Shown: piece after piece, positions 1 to 13,637 of the stretch
Layout of the letters: each line of letters starts with the position of its first letter
How positions within the stretch are numbered: position 1 is the stretch's first letter
Assembly: GCA_964016885.1 (NCBI GenBank)
Contig: OZ024745.1
Coordinates: 11,408,001 to 11,472,000, forward strand
Source of the DNA: Eledone cirrhosa
Lineage: Eukaryota
Reading direction: 5' to 3'
Length of the DNA: 64,000 nucleotides
Program-made: the position numbers and the translations under genes
Notes under the pieces: model-generated
The model's input: only the letters and a program-made list of their open reading frames with translations
Database searches by the model: none
What the model was told of the DNA's origin: nothing

Positions 1-210
1 AACTGAATAAATTTGTCCGTAGATTAAGGGAATTTTTAGATTTTAGTATAAAGAATATCTCCTCTGCGCAGAGGTCACATGTCCCAGAGGATGAATTAAA
101 AGGAATCCCTCTTGAGACTATATTCCAAGCCGTCGAATATCTAACGTTATCTAGCTTAAGTTGCCAGAGTACGCCTGATAGTGCCGTTGAAGATTTTTTG
201 CTTGGATCTG
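1..210 (-). repeat. Inverted copy of the PLE1 3' coding region (1543-1752)
   Basis: Base-by-base reverse complement over 210 nt; may extend beyond the window start. Confidence 0.95.
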
Positions 211-1808
211 GGCAAATTAAGCAAACACATTCTTGACAGGGTGATACAGCAAATTAAGAACTTGGATTGTTTATCTAACCTGAGCTTGTGGGAGGGAACT
301 GGAGAGGTTGTTGAGTGGTTTAAGAAAATTAAATATAACAATAATAATAAGTTTATTCAACTTGATATTGCTAACTATTATTCTTCTATTACCTCTAATC
401 TACTAAATAAGGCACTAAATTACGCATTCAAACATACAGACCTAACTAGCAATGAAATGCATATTATATTATCGGCTAGGAAAACATTGATAGAATTTAA
501 TGACCAACTATGGACCAGAGCAGATAGAGATAGCAATTTTGACATTACTATGGGATCATCCGACTCAGCTCAGGTAACTGACCTTGTGGGCTTATTTTTA
601 ATCAATTCGCTACATAGGAAAATACCTGGTATTACCGGAGGTTTATATAGAGATGACATGCTTTTACTTATTGATAATAATAACTCTGAACTAAATAGAA
701 AATGTAAACAAATTACACAATTTTTTAATTACTTTAATCTTAAAATAGAAATTGAGAACAACCATAGAATAGTCAATTTCCTAGATATAACATTAAATCT
801 CAACACATGTCTTCACTATCCTTTTCACAAGTTGAATGAAAACTTAAACTATGTCAGCTTTAACTCTAACCACCCCAGATCTGTCAAAAACACTATAGTA
901 AACTCTGTTCAAAAACGTATCTCTAGAATCTCGTCTAACAGAAATATTTTCGACGAAAAAGCCCAGTACTACAATGAAGCGTTAGCTAGAGCAGGATATA
1001 CTGATAAGATTATGTACATAGATAATGATAGACAAACTAAACAAAATAACAACTATTTTAATTACGGCAACAACCTTAACAACTATAATAGAAAGCATTA
1101 CAATAATTCCAAGGGCCAAAAAAGTAATAGAACTAGGAACATAATTTGGTTTGCCCCCCCCCCTTTCTCACTAAACATTAAAACCCACATCGCTAAACTA
1201 TTTTTAAAGCTCTTGATAATCGCTTCCCTAGAACACATAGGTATCACTCAATTTTCAATAGACATACTATAAAATTAACCTACTCATCCACCAAAAGTTT
1301 AGCACAAAATATTAATAGAATAAATAATAGGAACTTAAAACCTAGTGATAATAGCATAAATAATATACAAGTTAACAAATGTAACTGTAGAGATAGATCT
1401 AAATGTCCGTTAAATAACAACTGCTTAGTTAAAAATATAGTATAAAATTGTAATGTTAAAACTGATTCTAATTCTTTTAACTACGTCGGTTCCACATCGA
1501 CGGAATTTAAACTTCGCTATAATAACCACAAGAATTCTTTCACAGATCCAAGCAAAAAATCTTCAACGGCACTATCAGGCGTACTCTGGCAACTTAAGCT
1601 AGATAACGTTAGATATTCGACGGCTTGGAATATAGTCTCAAGAGGGATTCCTTTTAATTCATCCTCTGGGACATGTGACCTCTGCGCAGAGGAGATATTC
1701 TTTATACTAAAATCTAAAAATTCCCTTAATCTACGGACAAATTTATTCAGTTGCTGCAAACATAGATTAAACTCAACTTTTAAATATAAATTTAAATTTA
1801 AAATGTAG
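211..1808 (+). pseudogene. PLE reverse transcriptase + GIY-YIG endonuclease, disrupted
   Basis: Frameshift near 1200. The second frame reads KALDNRFPRTHRYHSIFNRHTIKLTYS...CNCRDRSKCPLNNNCLVKNIV*NC...YVGSTSTEFKLRYNNH...CDLCAEE...CCKH and ends at TAG 1808. There is an in-frame TAA at about 1443 where the GIY tyrosine is expected. Confidence 0.85.
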
Positions 1809-2259
1809 TATATTTAGTTTGATTTATAATTATTTGGGAAACTAGCCGATAAATCTTTCGATTTCTTCTTTTTATTCTTCTTTGTATTTTTATTTAAACA
1901 TTCTTCATGGAAAATTAAACTACCCTAAAAGTTGATGCTCCAAATATTTCGAATAAACGTTACACTAGATAAACTTCTATATTAAATATAAGAACACATG
2001 TAGACCAAATGGGCATCCTAAACTTTTTGAAATGATTTTTGCTAGATGCGATTTGATAAATAATTTTTAGCTTTATCTGTTTTCGACTCTGATGCTTATA
2101 ATGAACTTGGCAATATATTGTCAATTAATTTTGAAGGGTTGATCTTTGTGGTTTATTTTTATTTTTTTTATTTTTTATTATTGTAGTATTTTCTAATATT
2201 TTTATTTTTAATATGTAATATTTTTAATATGTAATATTTTTTTCGTAATATTTTATTAT

Positions 2260-2292
<33 letters not shown>

Positions 2293-3137
2293 GTTGTTTT
2301 TTGGTTTTTGTTTCTGATATATTTTTTATTGATATATTGAAATCTGCTCTCTATTTCTGCTTGATAGATAATCTTGTAGAGTAAAGACAAGAATAGTAGT
2401 AATATAGACTCTATATATATATGTGTATATATATACACATATGTGTATACTTAAATTTTTATAGCACAATGAGATTGTTTTCCGTGTGAACTTAGGGTTT
2501 GCAGAGTTGATCATGTGAATTCACATCGATGTTTGTAGTTATCATATAAACATATGAATTTTTTAAAACTAAACATAAGATCATTACTTTTCACACATTA
2601 TGGATACGTGTCTCATTCAGGAATACTGATATTTTCAATATAGTGCCTGGTTTTTATACATATTAATACTTCTACATTAAAACATAGGGTGTTTATGCCT
2701 CGCCTATGTCTGGTTACTTTTCATTTTTCTCTATATATAACAGCTGGTTTCTCTCCTAACCACATATATCTCCCTTACATTAATACTAGAGCTAAATAAA
2801 TAAATAAATAAATAAATGTATCATTGATACGTTTACTCAACGGATGTCCAACTACATATTTTTCTATATATATATCTATCTCTATCTATTTCCTCTCTCT
2901 ATATATATCTCTCTCTGTTTCTTTACATGAAGTTCTTCTCTTTATCTATCTTTCCATCTCTCTATTTTGTTCCATGCATTTCTTCTTTTTCTTCTTTTTC
3001 TTCGTTTTCTGTCTTTCTTTTTTTCTCTCTTTCTTTCTTTCTGTTTACAATTTTTTCACTGCCAATTCAACTTTTCAAATACAAGTCGATGTTGTACGGT
3101 ATGTCAAATCTATTTATCTATAAAACTGTTTATATTG

Positions 3138-3203
3138 TATTTTGTCTGAGGAAGGCATAGCATATTGTTAATATGATATCCCTGAAATATATATAATGAA
3201 ATA
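3138..3203 (+). ncRNA. Type I hammerhead ribozyme, minimal, with palindromic stem III
   Basis: tattttgt-CTGAGGA-agg...cct-GAAA-tatata-TA-atgaaata; stems I and II pair, with two G.U pairs in stem I. Confidence 0.7.
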
Positions 3204-3244
3204 GATATGGTTTTATAAATATAGTTTCCATTTATTTAATATCG

Positions 3245-3276
<32 letters not shown>

Positions 3277-3365
3277 GAATTGGTGCTCAGACTGTCACTA
3301 CTCTAAAACAATAGCGTAAGGTCTTCAAAATGGTTTTAATTAAGCATACAGTGTATTGCAAAATA

Positions 3366-3422
<57 letters not shown>

Positions 3423-3553
3423 ATATATATATAGATGCCGGGAACTGTACAGTGACGACAATACAAATTTATATCAACACCTTCATATCTAGTTCAAATA
3501 TATATATTATAATACAAGTACAATTGGTTAAGCCTTCATTGCGTTTATTGGTT

Positions 3554-3638
3554 GGTGACGCGCGTTTCGCTATTGATCAGCGCAAGGTTCGATCTGTATC
3601 GATCTGGCACGACTCTGGAATCAAACGCTCGTCGGACC
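3554..3638 (-). ncRNA. Type I hammerhead ribozyme, U4C core variant
   Basis: Minus strand: ggt-CCGACGA-gcgtttgat...atcaatagc-GAAA-cgcgcg-TC-acc; GUC cleavage triplet and palindromic stem III. Confidence 0.7.
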
Positions 3639-3839
3639 TCTATTGTAGTACATGTTAGGGCTGTGAAATTTTATTAATAACTACATTGCTTCTTTCCAAG
3701 AACTTTGTTGAAAAATAAACCTCATTTAGTCATTCCATGAGAGTATCTTGGTCAGGCTATGAATTTTTCAGCCGAGTCCCGTTAGTGGTGACATTTTTAG
3801 TACTAATATAATGTGACTTGAATAATCATGCAACAGAAC

Positions 3840-4640
3840 ATGTCTCAAAAGAAAAGATACTGGCATCTACTTATCAGAATATCGGAAGATAGGTTTCATC
3901 GAATCTACTACGACCAAATTACAGTGTTTTCTGTGTCAGAAGACACAATTGCCGGAATATATTACTAAAAAACCCCATAAAAATGTGAAGGATAAACCTA
4001 TTGAATATTTTCCAGGTATGAAAGGTTTAAAAACCTTTTTTTACATAACTGCATTATTGAAGAAACAAAATTCAATGAACAAAGATGGATAAACTGCCGA
4101 TTATTGTATATCAGTAAAAAGTTGTAAAAGAGAAACTTTAATATCAAAGGATTTATCTCAACAGTAATGTATCAGGATTCAACGGAAGTTATAAAAACAC
4201 TGCCCTCAGCGATAACACAGTAAAGCGACACATTCATAAAATGGCGGTTAACGATGAAAATAAACATAGCTCACCTCTTTTTATGCTGTGGGGTGAGATA
4301 ATAATGTTTTAATAATGGCATATGTACAGTGCTTTGATCAAAACAGTATATTGCAAGAAGAAACGCTATAAATTTTAAATCTTATTACAGATACAAAAGG
4401 ATTATTAATATGAACTCTTGTGAAAACATACCTAACAACAACAGCAACAACAAGAAATAGTATATACATCAACAATATTATTGCCTATGCTAGTGAGGGC
4501 TGCCCCATCAACGGTAGGTCACTATCGGGATTGTGTTGTGTATTTGAAGGGGAACTTCCAAACGTTTTGTGCATTTATTGTTTGGGTTGATGGAGAAGAT
4601 CTTGGAAAACATTAGAATACGTTCATTCGTTATCATGGCT
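3840..4640 (+). pseudogene. Decayed hAT (Buster/Charlie, ZBED5/SCAND3-like) transposase fragment
   Basis: Broken-frame peptides MSQKKR..YLSEYRKIGFIE..QCFLCQK, HKNVKDKPIEYF, LSDNTVKRHIHKMA and ASEGCPSTVGHYR resemble Buster-family motifs (KDKPxEYF, LSNNTIxRRI, TDGAPAMVG). Confidence 0.65.
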
Positions 4641-4763
4641 ATAAATCAAATCAAATTGAATGTTAAAAATAATAGGATACTCCAACATCTGTACAAGTAT
4701 AATGTATGGAGCCTGAGGGGAGTCGTGGGGGCGCCATATTGACATACGGGCATTTTATTTCAC

Positions 4764-4891
<128 letters not shown>

Positions 4892-4955
4892 TCGACACCA
4901 GTACTACACTGGTACTTTTTATCGACCTTAAATGGATGAAAGGCAAGGTTGAGCT
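4892..4955 (-). mobile_element. SINE central-domain fragment
   Basis: ctggtactttttatcgaccttaaatggatgaaaggcaaggttga is the reverse complement of the core of the SINE at 18203. Confidence 0.6.
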
Positions 4956-5374
4956 GGGACAAGGATAATGTTACTGCTATACACACGAATTGATTTATAT
5001 TGAAGGTGTACTTTAGGACTGGAATGTCTCGTATTTATACCTATCATCTTATTTCTAGGATTGAGTACAGTTTTAATATGAATGTGATCTTACTAACTTT
5101 CTCCTTTATTTAATGTTTTGTATCGTATCAATTACATCTAATCTCCTCCTCTTACGTCAATCTAGTTAGATTCTAATCTCTTGTTTATTATTTACCTATC
5201 TCGTATATAAAGAATGATCTAATTATAGAAATGTTGGGCAGATATGTATTTATTGAACATTTAGAAGCTTCAATGCATTATTTTTTTACTCTGAAAAAAA
5301 ATAGTCTAAAACATTGAGCCTAAAACCCCTTGACGGGTTCTGTTCAGGGCCTTTTATGACCAATTATACTATTT

Positions 5375-5555
<181 letters not shown>

Positions 5556-5886
5556 TCTTTTACCTGTTTCAGCCATCCGACTGAGGCCATGCTGGGGCAC
5601 CGCCCTTGGATATATATATATACACGTTGAAGCTTCTAAATTTTCAATAAACCATAAAGGCTTTTTGTTTGCGTTCTTCATATTTGCTTATCATACAAAT
5701 CAGTTTCCATCTTCATGTCATATTTCCAGTGAAGGAGTTCTTTATTTGTATCTGACCCCGTCTTCCATGTAAATAGATTCCTGCTTTTCTGTTAAACCAG
5801 TTTATTAGGTTAAAGCAGTAGCTTACAATTAGAATGGCTAGTTTAATATACTTATCTTATTTCAAGCATTGAGCTCAGTTTTTAAT

Positions 5887-6230
5887 ATTAGTCTTAAATA
5901 TTACTAAACTTTACGTTCCAAGTTAAATCCCGTCAAGGTCCACATCGCTTTTTATCCAACGGGGTTGATAAAAATAAAATACTAGTCAGATACTGGGGTT
6001 GATTTAATCAACTTTGCCCTTCCCTCAAATTTGCTGATCTTGTGCCTAAATTAGACATCTGTATTAGTCTTAACTATTACGGACCTTTACGTTCCCAGTT
6101 CAAGTCTCGTCGAGGTCAACTGTGCCTTTCGCCTTCCGGGATCGATAAGATAAAGTACCCGTTATGTACAGGATCGATGTAATCGACTTTCAAATTGTTG
6201 GTATTGTGTCTAGATTTGAAATCAATATTA
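5887..6230 (+). mobile_element. Two tandem 5'-truncated tRNA-SINE copies (about 175 bp each)
   Basis: Each has a B-box-like gttaaatccc/gttcaagtctc, a ...gataa..aa(a/g)tac.. core and a ttgtg(c/t)cta 3' end; tattagtct recurs at the junctions. Confidence 0.65.
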
Positions 6231-6649
6231 GTCTAAAGTTTTTTTACCCTATCTCTACCCCACCACTTTGCACACTCTCGTGTTTGAGCATCGCTGACTT
6301 GTAAAGTTATACCAAACAAGTTATCAGGTGTAGGACGGATCCGACTATCAGTTGAATGTACTGCTTTCCTTTGACTAGGAAGAGCAGGTAGTTTATATCT
6401 ATCCTATGATAAAGATTGTGTAGTGGACGAGGTTGAAAGGGCCGAAGACAGACCCAATTCATTTTAGCCAAACCCTCAGTCTTTTCCAAGTTTCACTTGA
6501 AAAAGAAACGGAGTGGAGAGAGAAGTGTTGGCTTCCAAATAATTTGATGAAATGTGGCGATCATGGTCCTAGTGAATGGCTTAGCTCTGAGTCTGCACCT
6601 GTAGATTGAAGGAGGACCACTGGAAGAAGGTGCCTGCTTTATGGTGATC

Positions 6650-6893
6650 AAAGCATTTTGTGTGTTTTCGACGAGTAGCCCTTGGACGTCCCCCCCCCCA
6701 TGGGGAATTATCTTTGATTTTATTCTTTCCTAAACTTGTTTTTAATTTCTTTATTTCTCATTTTTATATGTCCTTATGTAAACCCATACTAAGCGTTCTC
6801 TATCACCATCGATATTTATGTAAACCCACCAACACTAATTCCCCTCTATCGTCATCGATCTTCATGTTAACCTCTGTGGTTAATAAAGGAAAT
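6650..6893 (+). mobile_element. 3' UTR remnant of a Tx1/L1-like element
   Basis: Similar to 7890-7950 (acgagta.ccct.gga.gt..ccccc..tggggaatt) and ends in ggttaataaaggaaa, like the copies ending at 7594 and 9036. Confidence 0.5.
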
Positions 6894-7177
6894 ATTTTCA
6901 ATATTATCATTCATATTCATTTTCACAGTAATTTAATTGACTTCTTATCAAGTTATGTAACCTCTGACAGTATTTTCCGCAAAACTGTTGTTTTCTGCAA
7001 TGTCGTAATCCTGGAACTGATTCTATCAAGGTTTTACTCGATGTTTCTGTCACCGACCCAAGTCTCCAATCATAATTGCTACCATTCTTACTTTCATATT
7101 CCAAATTCTCTCGACATCTATTCTCAAGTCTGCACACCTCACAATGTTCTCCCTTTCTTTACTATTATTATTATTAT

Positions 7178-9036
7178 TACCTCTTCGGTGATGCCCTGAT
7201 TAACTTTTTCAAATTTCATTTGAAAAGGAAAATCAGGGTAGAGAGGGAAGTTCTCTCTTCCCAGCATTTTGTTGAAAGATGGGTGAGAGAGACAAGAATG
7301 GCCCGAGTGAGTGGACCTACTCTGAGTATATATCTGTAAATTGAAGGTGGAAAACTGGGAGAGGGCACTTGCCCTGGTGGCCAGGGTCACCGTGGCTTTT
7401 TTTAATGGGCTTTCTCCACGATGGCCCTCGGAAGTCTCCTCCTATTGGGGAATTTTTCATTGTTCTTTTTTTGTTACATCCTCTTTTTTTTTTTTTTTTT
7501 TTTACACGCAGAAATGCCCATTTCTACAATGCTGTATTGTCCTGTACTGTCCTTAATGTCTACTTTGTGTAAATCCTTGTGGTTAATAAAGAAAGCCTTC
7601 TGCCTGGTGGCCATGGTGAAAGAGATTGTGTGGTGGACAAGGTTGAAAGGGTTAAAGACAGACACTTTCTTCTTCGGTGAATCCCTGATTAACTTTTTCA
7701 AGTTTCACTTGAAGAGGAAAATCAGGGTGGAGAGGCAAGTGCTGCCTTCTAGCAAGTTTGTTGAAAGGTGGGTGAATGTAGCGAGAATGGTCCGAGTGAA
7801 CGGGACCGCTCTGAATATACGCTTGTAGCTTGAGAAATGGAAAAAATTGAGAGAGGGTGCTTGCCCTGGTGGTCAGAGTGGCCGTGGTCTTTTGTGTGGT
7901 TTTCGCCACGAGTAACCCTCGGAGGTTTCCCCCCTATTGGGGAATTTTTCATTGTTTCAATTTTCATTTTTATTGTTTATATATGTTTCTATGTCTTTTT
8001 TTTTTTTCTTATATAAATAATAAAAATCTTTACGTATTTCCCCAGCTCGTTTCCTTGACGGAGCTGCAGTCCTGGGTCAAGCGAAGACCGAGATGGAGCG
8101 CCTGGAGACTGGAATGTCTTAAGGCGCTCACAGCCCTCGACCAATCGGGCAATGTGATCGCCGTTCTATAGAGGATTAGTGGAGGGCAAGAGCAACGACG
8201 TACTTGGGGAAACTCTAGGCGTCGACGAAAATCAACTAGCCAATCTCTTCGGAAGAACTTTCGGGCCGGGACCTATGGACAATTTCCAGAAATCTCTGGC
8301 CTGGCAGTGCTACCGAGGAGCCTTGCCAGTTCGGGATACACTCTACAGGCATGGAGGTGCCGTCAGCCGGGCATGTCCGAGATGCGCGCAGGGCGACGAA
8401 ACCGTCCTGCACGCACTCGTCCAGTGTCCGAAAATTGCTGACTTGTGGGTTTATGTCGAACACCTGCTGTCGCGTGTAGGACGGATCCGGCTATCATCTG
8501 AGTCCATCGTGAGGATTGCCCCGCCCTCTTCCTTTATCCGGGAAGGCCAGGCAGTTTTTATCTGTCTGGTGGCCATGGCGAAAGAGATAGTATGGTGGAC
8601 ACGTTTGAAAGGGCTGAAGACGAGCACTTACCTCTTCGGTGATACCCTGATTGACTTTTTCAAATTTCATTTGAAAAAGAAAATCAGAGTAGAGAGGGAA
8701 GTGCTCTCTTCCCAGCATTTTGTTGAAAGATGGGTGAGAGAAGCAAGAATGGCCCGAGTGGGCCTACTCTGAGTACGTATCTGTAAATTAAAGGTGGAAA
8801 ACTGGGAGAGGGCACTTGCCTTGGTGGTCAGGGTCACTGTGGCCTTTTACTGGGCTTTCTCCACAAATGTTCCTCCGAAGTCTCCCCTCTATTGGGGAAT
8901 TTTTCATTGTTATTTTTTTTGTTACATCCTCTGTTTTTGTTTTTTACACGCAGAAATGCCCATTTATACCGTCCTGTATTGTCCTGCACTGTCCTTAATG
9001 TCTACTTTATGTAAACCCTTGTGGTTAATAAAGAAA
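7178..9036 (+). mobile_element. Three head-to-tail 5'-truncated Tx1/L1-clade non-LTR 3' ends (about 7178-7594, 7595-8026, 8027-9036)
   Basis: Repeated FFKFHLKRKIRVER..FVERWV peptide and shared 3' UTR ending aataaagaaa; flanked by (TTA)n on both sides. Confidence 0.8.
8179..8772 (+). pseudogene. C-terminal part of Tx1/L1 ORF2 with zf-RVT CCHC finger
   Basis: LAWQCYRGALPVRD..CPRCAQGDETVLHALVQCP..LW matches the L1/Tx1 C-terminal zinc knuckle; the RT core is absent. Confidence 0.8.
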
Positions 9037-9077
<41 letters not shown>

Positions 9078-9086
9078 GTTGTTATT

Positions 9087-12000
9087 CCTTGAATCTCAGT
9101 CATTGATGTTGGTTAACTGGAAAGTCCGTTGGATTGAATATCAAGCCACTACCTGCAGCCTCAGATATTCAGGACGTATCGGAGGGTTCTTGCTGTTCCA
9201 AGCAAGCATGCCTTTTGAAGCGTTCCAAAAAGCGTGAAGGGGCCGATTTTCTTTAACCATCCCTGGAAACTTTTGGAGATAGTCCCCAGTGCGCCTATGA
9301 CAATCGGGATCACTTTGACTTCATGGCAGTTCCAAATCCTTTTCACCTCCCACTTTAGGTCCTGGTATCGGTTAATTTTCTCCCTCTCCTTCTCTTGCAC
9401 TCTCGTGTCGAACGGGCAGGCCACATCCACAATCAGACATGATCTTTTTTCTTTGTCCACAACCACCAGGTCAGGTCTATTGTGTTCCAGTTTTTTGTCC
9501 GTCTGTATCCTAAAATCCCACAGCACCTTCACCTGATTGTTCTCCATCACCGCCTCTGGCCTATGCTCATACCATTTCTCAGAATGTGGTAAATTGTTTA
9601 CTTTGCACAGGTGCCAGTGGATCACCCTGCCCATCACATCGTGTCTCCAGCCCTTATAGTGGGTCTGGGCTAGGTGTTTACACTCGGACACAATGTGAGC
9701 CACAGTCTCCTCTCTCTCTCTCCACAGATCCTGCACAGTGGGCTAGCCTCCTCCTTGTAGATATGGTGCTTCAACCACTTCGTTTTGAGGGCCTGCTCCT
9801 GCGCAGCCATTAGCATTCCTTCTGTAGCCTTTTTGAGGTCTCCTCTTCTCAACCAGTTCCATGTCTGTGGATCTCTAAATTCAGTTTTCTCAAAGAAGGT
9901 ACTATGAAGGGATTTTCCCTTAAGGCTGCTCTTCCTCCATGATGTTATTTCCTCCTTGGACATCCCCTGGCCTACTGTCCCCTCCTTCAGTACAGTTCTG
10001 AGCATTGGCTCCTTACTATAGGTCACGTATTTGTATAGGTTGTTTTTCTCCATCTGAACACAGTCCTCTATGCTGATAAGACCTCTTCCACCCTCAGATC
10101 TCCTTAGGTAGAGTCTATCGACATCACTCCTCTTGTGGAACATGTTGTAGATAGTCAATAGCTTCCTAGTCTTCCTATCCATTTCTTTTTGTTCAGCAAC
10201 ATTCCATCTCAGAATTCCCGCACTGTACCTAATAATAGACACAGCTCGGGAATTTACTGCGCTTATGGCATTTCTGCTGTTCATATGTGACTTCAATACG
10301 CTCCTTACTCTCCGAATGTATTCAGTTCTTAACAATTCCTTCATTTTTTTGTTCTTTATGCCATCAGCCTCCAGAACGCCCAAATACTTGTATCCTTCCT
10401 CAGAGTCAATTTCCTTTATCATCTCACCTGTTGGTATCTGGATCCCGTTACTTCTGCTCAACCTACTCCTCTTCATCACAATGACTCCACATTTACCAAT
10501 ACCAAACTGCATACATATATCACTGCTGAAAATACGGACAGTGTCAACAAGCACATCCAACTCCTTCTCACTTTTCCCGAAGAGCTTAAGATCGTCCATG
10601 AAGAGGAGGTGATTGATGGTAAGCTCTCCCCTTCCCAACTTGTATCCTGCTCTCACTTTTCGCAGCATAATGGTCAAGGGCATCAGGGCAAGGACAAACA
10701 ACAGAGGGGACAGGCTATCTCCCTGGAAGATACCTCTCTTGATCTTCACGCTTCCCAAGGATACTCCAGTTGATGTCAACTCTGTCTCCCAGGACCCCAT
10801 ACTCCTGCCTAGCAACTGTCTGATGTTATCTGCCACCCTGAAGATCTCCAGGCTTTTGGTGATCCAGGAATGAGGCACCATGTCAAATGCCTTTCTGTAG
10901 TCTATCCATCCCATGGCAAGATCAGTGTGTCTTCTCCTGCAATTCCCCATTACCATCTTATCAATAAGTAACTGGTCCTTTGTACCACGTGACTTCTTTC
11001 GGCATCCTTTCTGTTCGTCCGGTAACAAGTTGTTTGTGTGGAGGTGATGGTAGATTTCCTCAGACACAATGCTCGTCAACAGTTTCCACATTACGGACAG
11101 ACATGTGATAGGTCTATAGTTGGTAACATCATTACCCTTGATTCGGTCTTTCATTATCAGAACTGTGGTACCTTTTGTCAACCACTCTGGCACCTCACCC
11201 GACACCAAGCAGTCATTGAACATGGCCGTCAGCTTCGGGTGGAGGGATGTTAAATGTTTAATCCAATACCCCTGCACACCATCTGGGCCTGGTGATTTCC
11301 AGTTGGTTAGTTTTTTGGCCTGCCCCTTAAGAGTTTCAACTGTGATACTCAAATCAGTTTGTTGTTGTGCCTGCTCACCGATCTCCCTCTGTACTGTCTC
11401 AATCCACCCTGCCTGGGCATTGTGTCTAACATCCTGCTCCCATATTCCTCTCCAGAATGTTTTAGTTTGCTCCGCCCCAGGGATCAAGTCGTTGCCTCTT
11501 TCTTTCCCCTCAAGCTGTCCAAACAGCATCTTCTGGTTGTTGTCGAACATGCGGTTCTGTTTATACTGACTGACTCTGTTCTCGTATCGCCTGATTTTTG
11601 CACTCTTTGCTACAATGCGTTGCTTCAGTTCCTCTATGATAATATTTAGCTTTTTCCTCCTAGTTTTGTATTTTATTTCCAGTCTATTTTTAGTGCCTAT
11701 GTTTTTTAGTGTCCCATTCAGTAGTGACTCAAGCTTTCCTATGTCATTTCTCATTTCCCCGATTTGCCCACTCAGTCGCTTCTTCCACCACGGCTCTGCT
11801 CTTTCTTGTCTGTTGTTTCCTCTCGCTTTTATACCAAGTAGTTTCCTCACCGTATTTGCTGTTGCTTTGAGGATATTGTTGCACTGGTGAAGGCTCCTCG
11901 CCTCAAGATATGGGATGACTTTGTTTACCTTAGCTGTTGTTTCTTTTAACTTTTTCCTGTCTACAAATCTTAGGTTCATAGGTCTCCCACTATCATTGTT

Positions 12001-13612
12001 CAATTCATCTACCACTAAATTTAGGATGTCAACCGAATCTTGTCCTAGCCCGTCAGCATTCATCTCCTCAGTGGCCGTATCTCTGTTCCAGGTATTATTT
12101 ATCTCAGTATTCAGATCATTGTCTGCTTCGGGTGGTTCCTCCGTTCTCAGGACCTCTTCACCTTCATTTCCCACTGGCTCGCTTGTCTGGCATACTACAC
12201 CCGCCATCTCCAAGCCATTCTCTCTGCTCAGTTCCTCCAGTTCCAGCTCGCTTATCCATCCATTAGTTCTTATTACCCGAGCCTGCCCGGCCAATTTTTG
12301 TTCATCTAATTTAAATAAACCAATCTCGTTCCAGATGCTATGCATCCGTCTCCTGTAGCCCCTCTCCTTGGGGTTACTTTTCAGGTAACATTGCATAACA
12401 GTTCTATTCAATTCTTTCGTCCAGTTGGTTCTGGCCCCTTTCCTTCTTCTCCTTCCTCCAACATCAGCAGTATTTGGTAGACAGTCAGGTTCCTGCTGCT
12501 GAGCCAGGGGGCACCTGTTGGGTGAGAGTCTGTCACATGACGTTCTAGTCTCCATTTCACCGTTATTCGAACTGTTTATGTTCGATATTTAAACACTCTT
12601 ATCGAGGATTGGCGAATGTATGGTTACATATCCATCTGTGGATCCGCCATTCCACTTGGCCCTTGTGTGGCATTATCACCACGCTGTATACGAACACACA
12701 TAAACAAACAAACACACAGGCAGAAAGGGCCCCAAAAATGAATAAGCATAAGTTTCATTGTAATGTAGTGTTCGAATGTCTGACTTAGTTTTTGTTTTTT
12801 AAGTTTTAGTTTTTCCCCCCTCTTCTCTGTCCGTCCGCCTGCTTCTCTCTTCATTCTTATTTTCTTTACGTTTTTTGGGGTTTTTTTTTTTGTTTGTTTT
12901 TGTTTTTGTTTTTCTCTGTTTGTTTTTCTCGTTTTTTGATGTTGTTGCTGTGCTGCTTTGGTTTTGTTGTTTGTTTTTTCTTTTTTCTTTTGAGTCTATC
13001 TATATATTTTGATGCCTTCCTCTTTTTTAGCAGTAGGGATTCTATAATGTGGTGGCAGCAGCCAGCTGGAAGAAGTGGGAGACTGGCGGCGGTAGCGATA
13101 CTGAGACAGTGGTGGTGGTGATGTCGATACCGAGGCAGTGGTGGCGGTGATGTGACCGTATTACTGTAGTGATGGTGCTGTAGCGGTGGTAGCAGTGAAG
13201 GAGTGAAGGGGTGGTGGCGGCGGTGATGGGATAATGGTTGTAATGATGGCCGTAGTGAGCGGTGGTGGTTTAGTGTACACAGGTGATGGGGTGGGTGGTG
13301 TATCTAGTTTCTGGTGTTGGTGAGTTTGGCTGTTCTATATAGTGTAGACAGAGGAGGAGGAGGGGGGGGGGTTCTTCTTCCATTTATAGCCATTTTCTTT
13401 TTTGGATATACAGTGTACAATACAAAGTTGAATATTTGAATATTTGAGCCTTATAACAATATATTTTGGGTCCGAATTTTTTGGGGCTCAAGCCGGGTGC
13501 TTTACGTAGCATTTGTACTAAGAGTTGTTATTTCACAAATGATTTAAATATGTTAAAAATTCAAAACTTACGGGAGCGATTTCATGACCTCCGTCACCTC
13601 GTGCGTCTTCTT
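9087..13612 (-). mobile_element. Dong/R4-clade RLE non-LTR retrotransposon, full-length copy A
   Basis: About 4.5 kb: roughly 1 kb 5' UTR, single ORF, roughly 75 bp 3' UTR, (TAA)n at both ends; near-identical to copy B. Confidence 0.92.
9161..12555 (-). pseudogene. RT + restriction-like endonuclease ORF of copy A with one frameshift
   Basis: ORFs 9670-12555 and 9161-9736 join across (TC)6 at 9711-9722, where copy B has (TC)5. Confidence 0.9.
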
Positions 13613-13637
13613 CCCTATTATTATTATTATTATTATT

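Larger units (their letters stand above)
1..3245 (+). mobile_element. Penelope-like element 1 (5'-truncated, inverted 5' segment, C-terminal GIY-YIG, probably Hydra-type linker)
   Basis: RT motifs in ORF 181-1272 (LDIANYYSSI, MGSSDSAQV, GGLYRDD, FLDITL), followed by a GIY-YIG region. Bases 1-210 are the reverse complement of 1543-1752. A HHR at 3138-3203 precedes the (TA)n at about 3246. The 3' boundary is inferred. Confidence 0.8.

Noticed and set aside
1517-1759. Minus-strand 80-aa ORF
   Set aside because: Antisense to the PLE1 GIY-YIG region.
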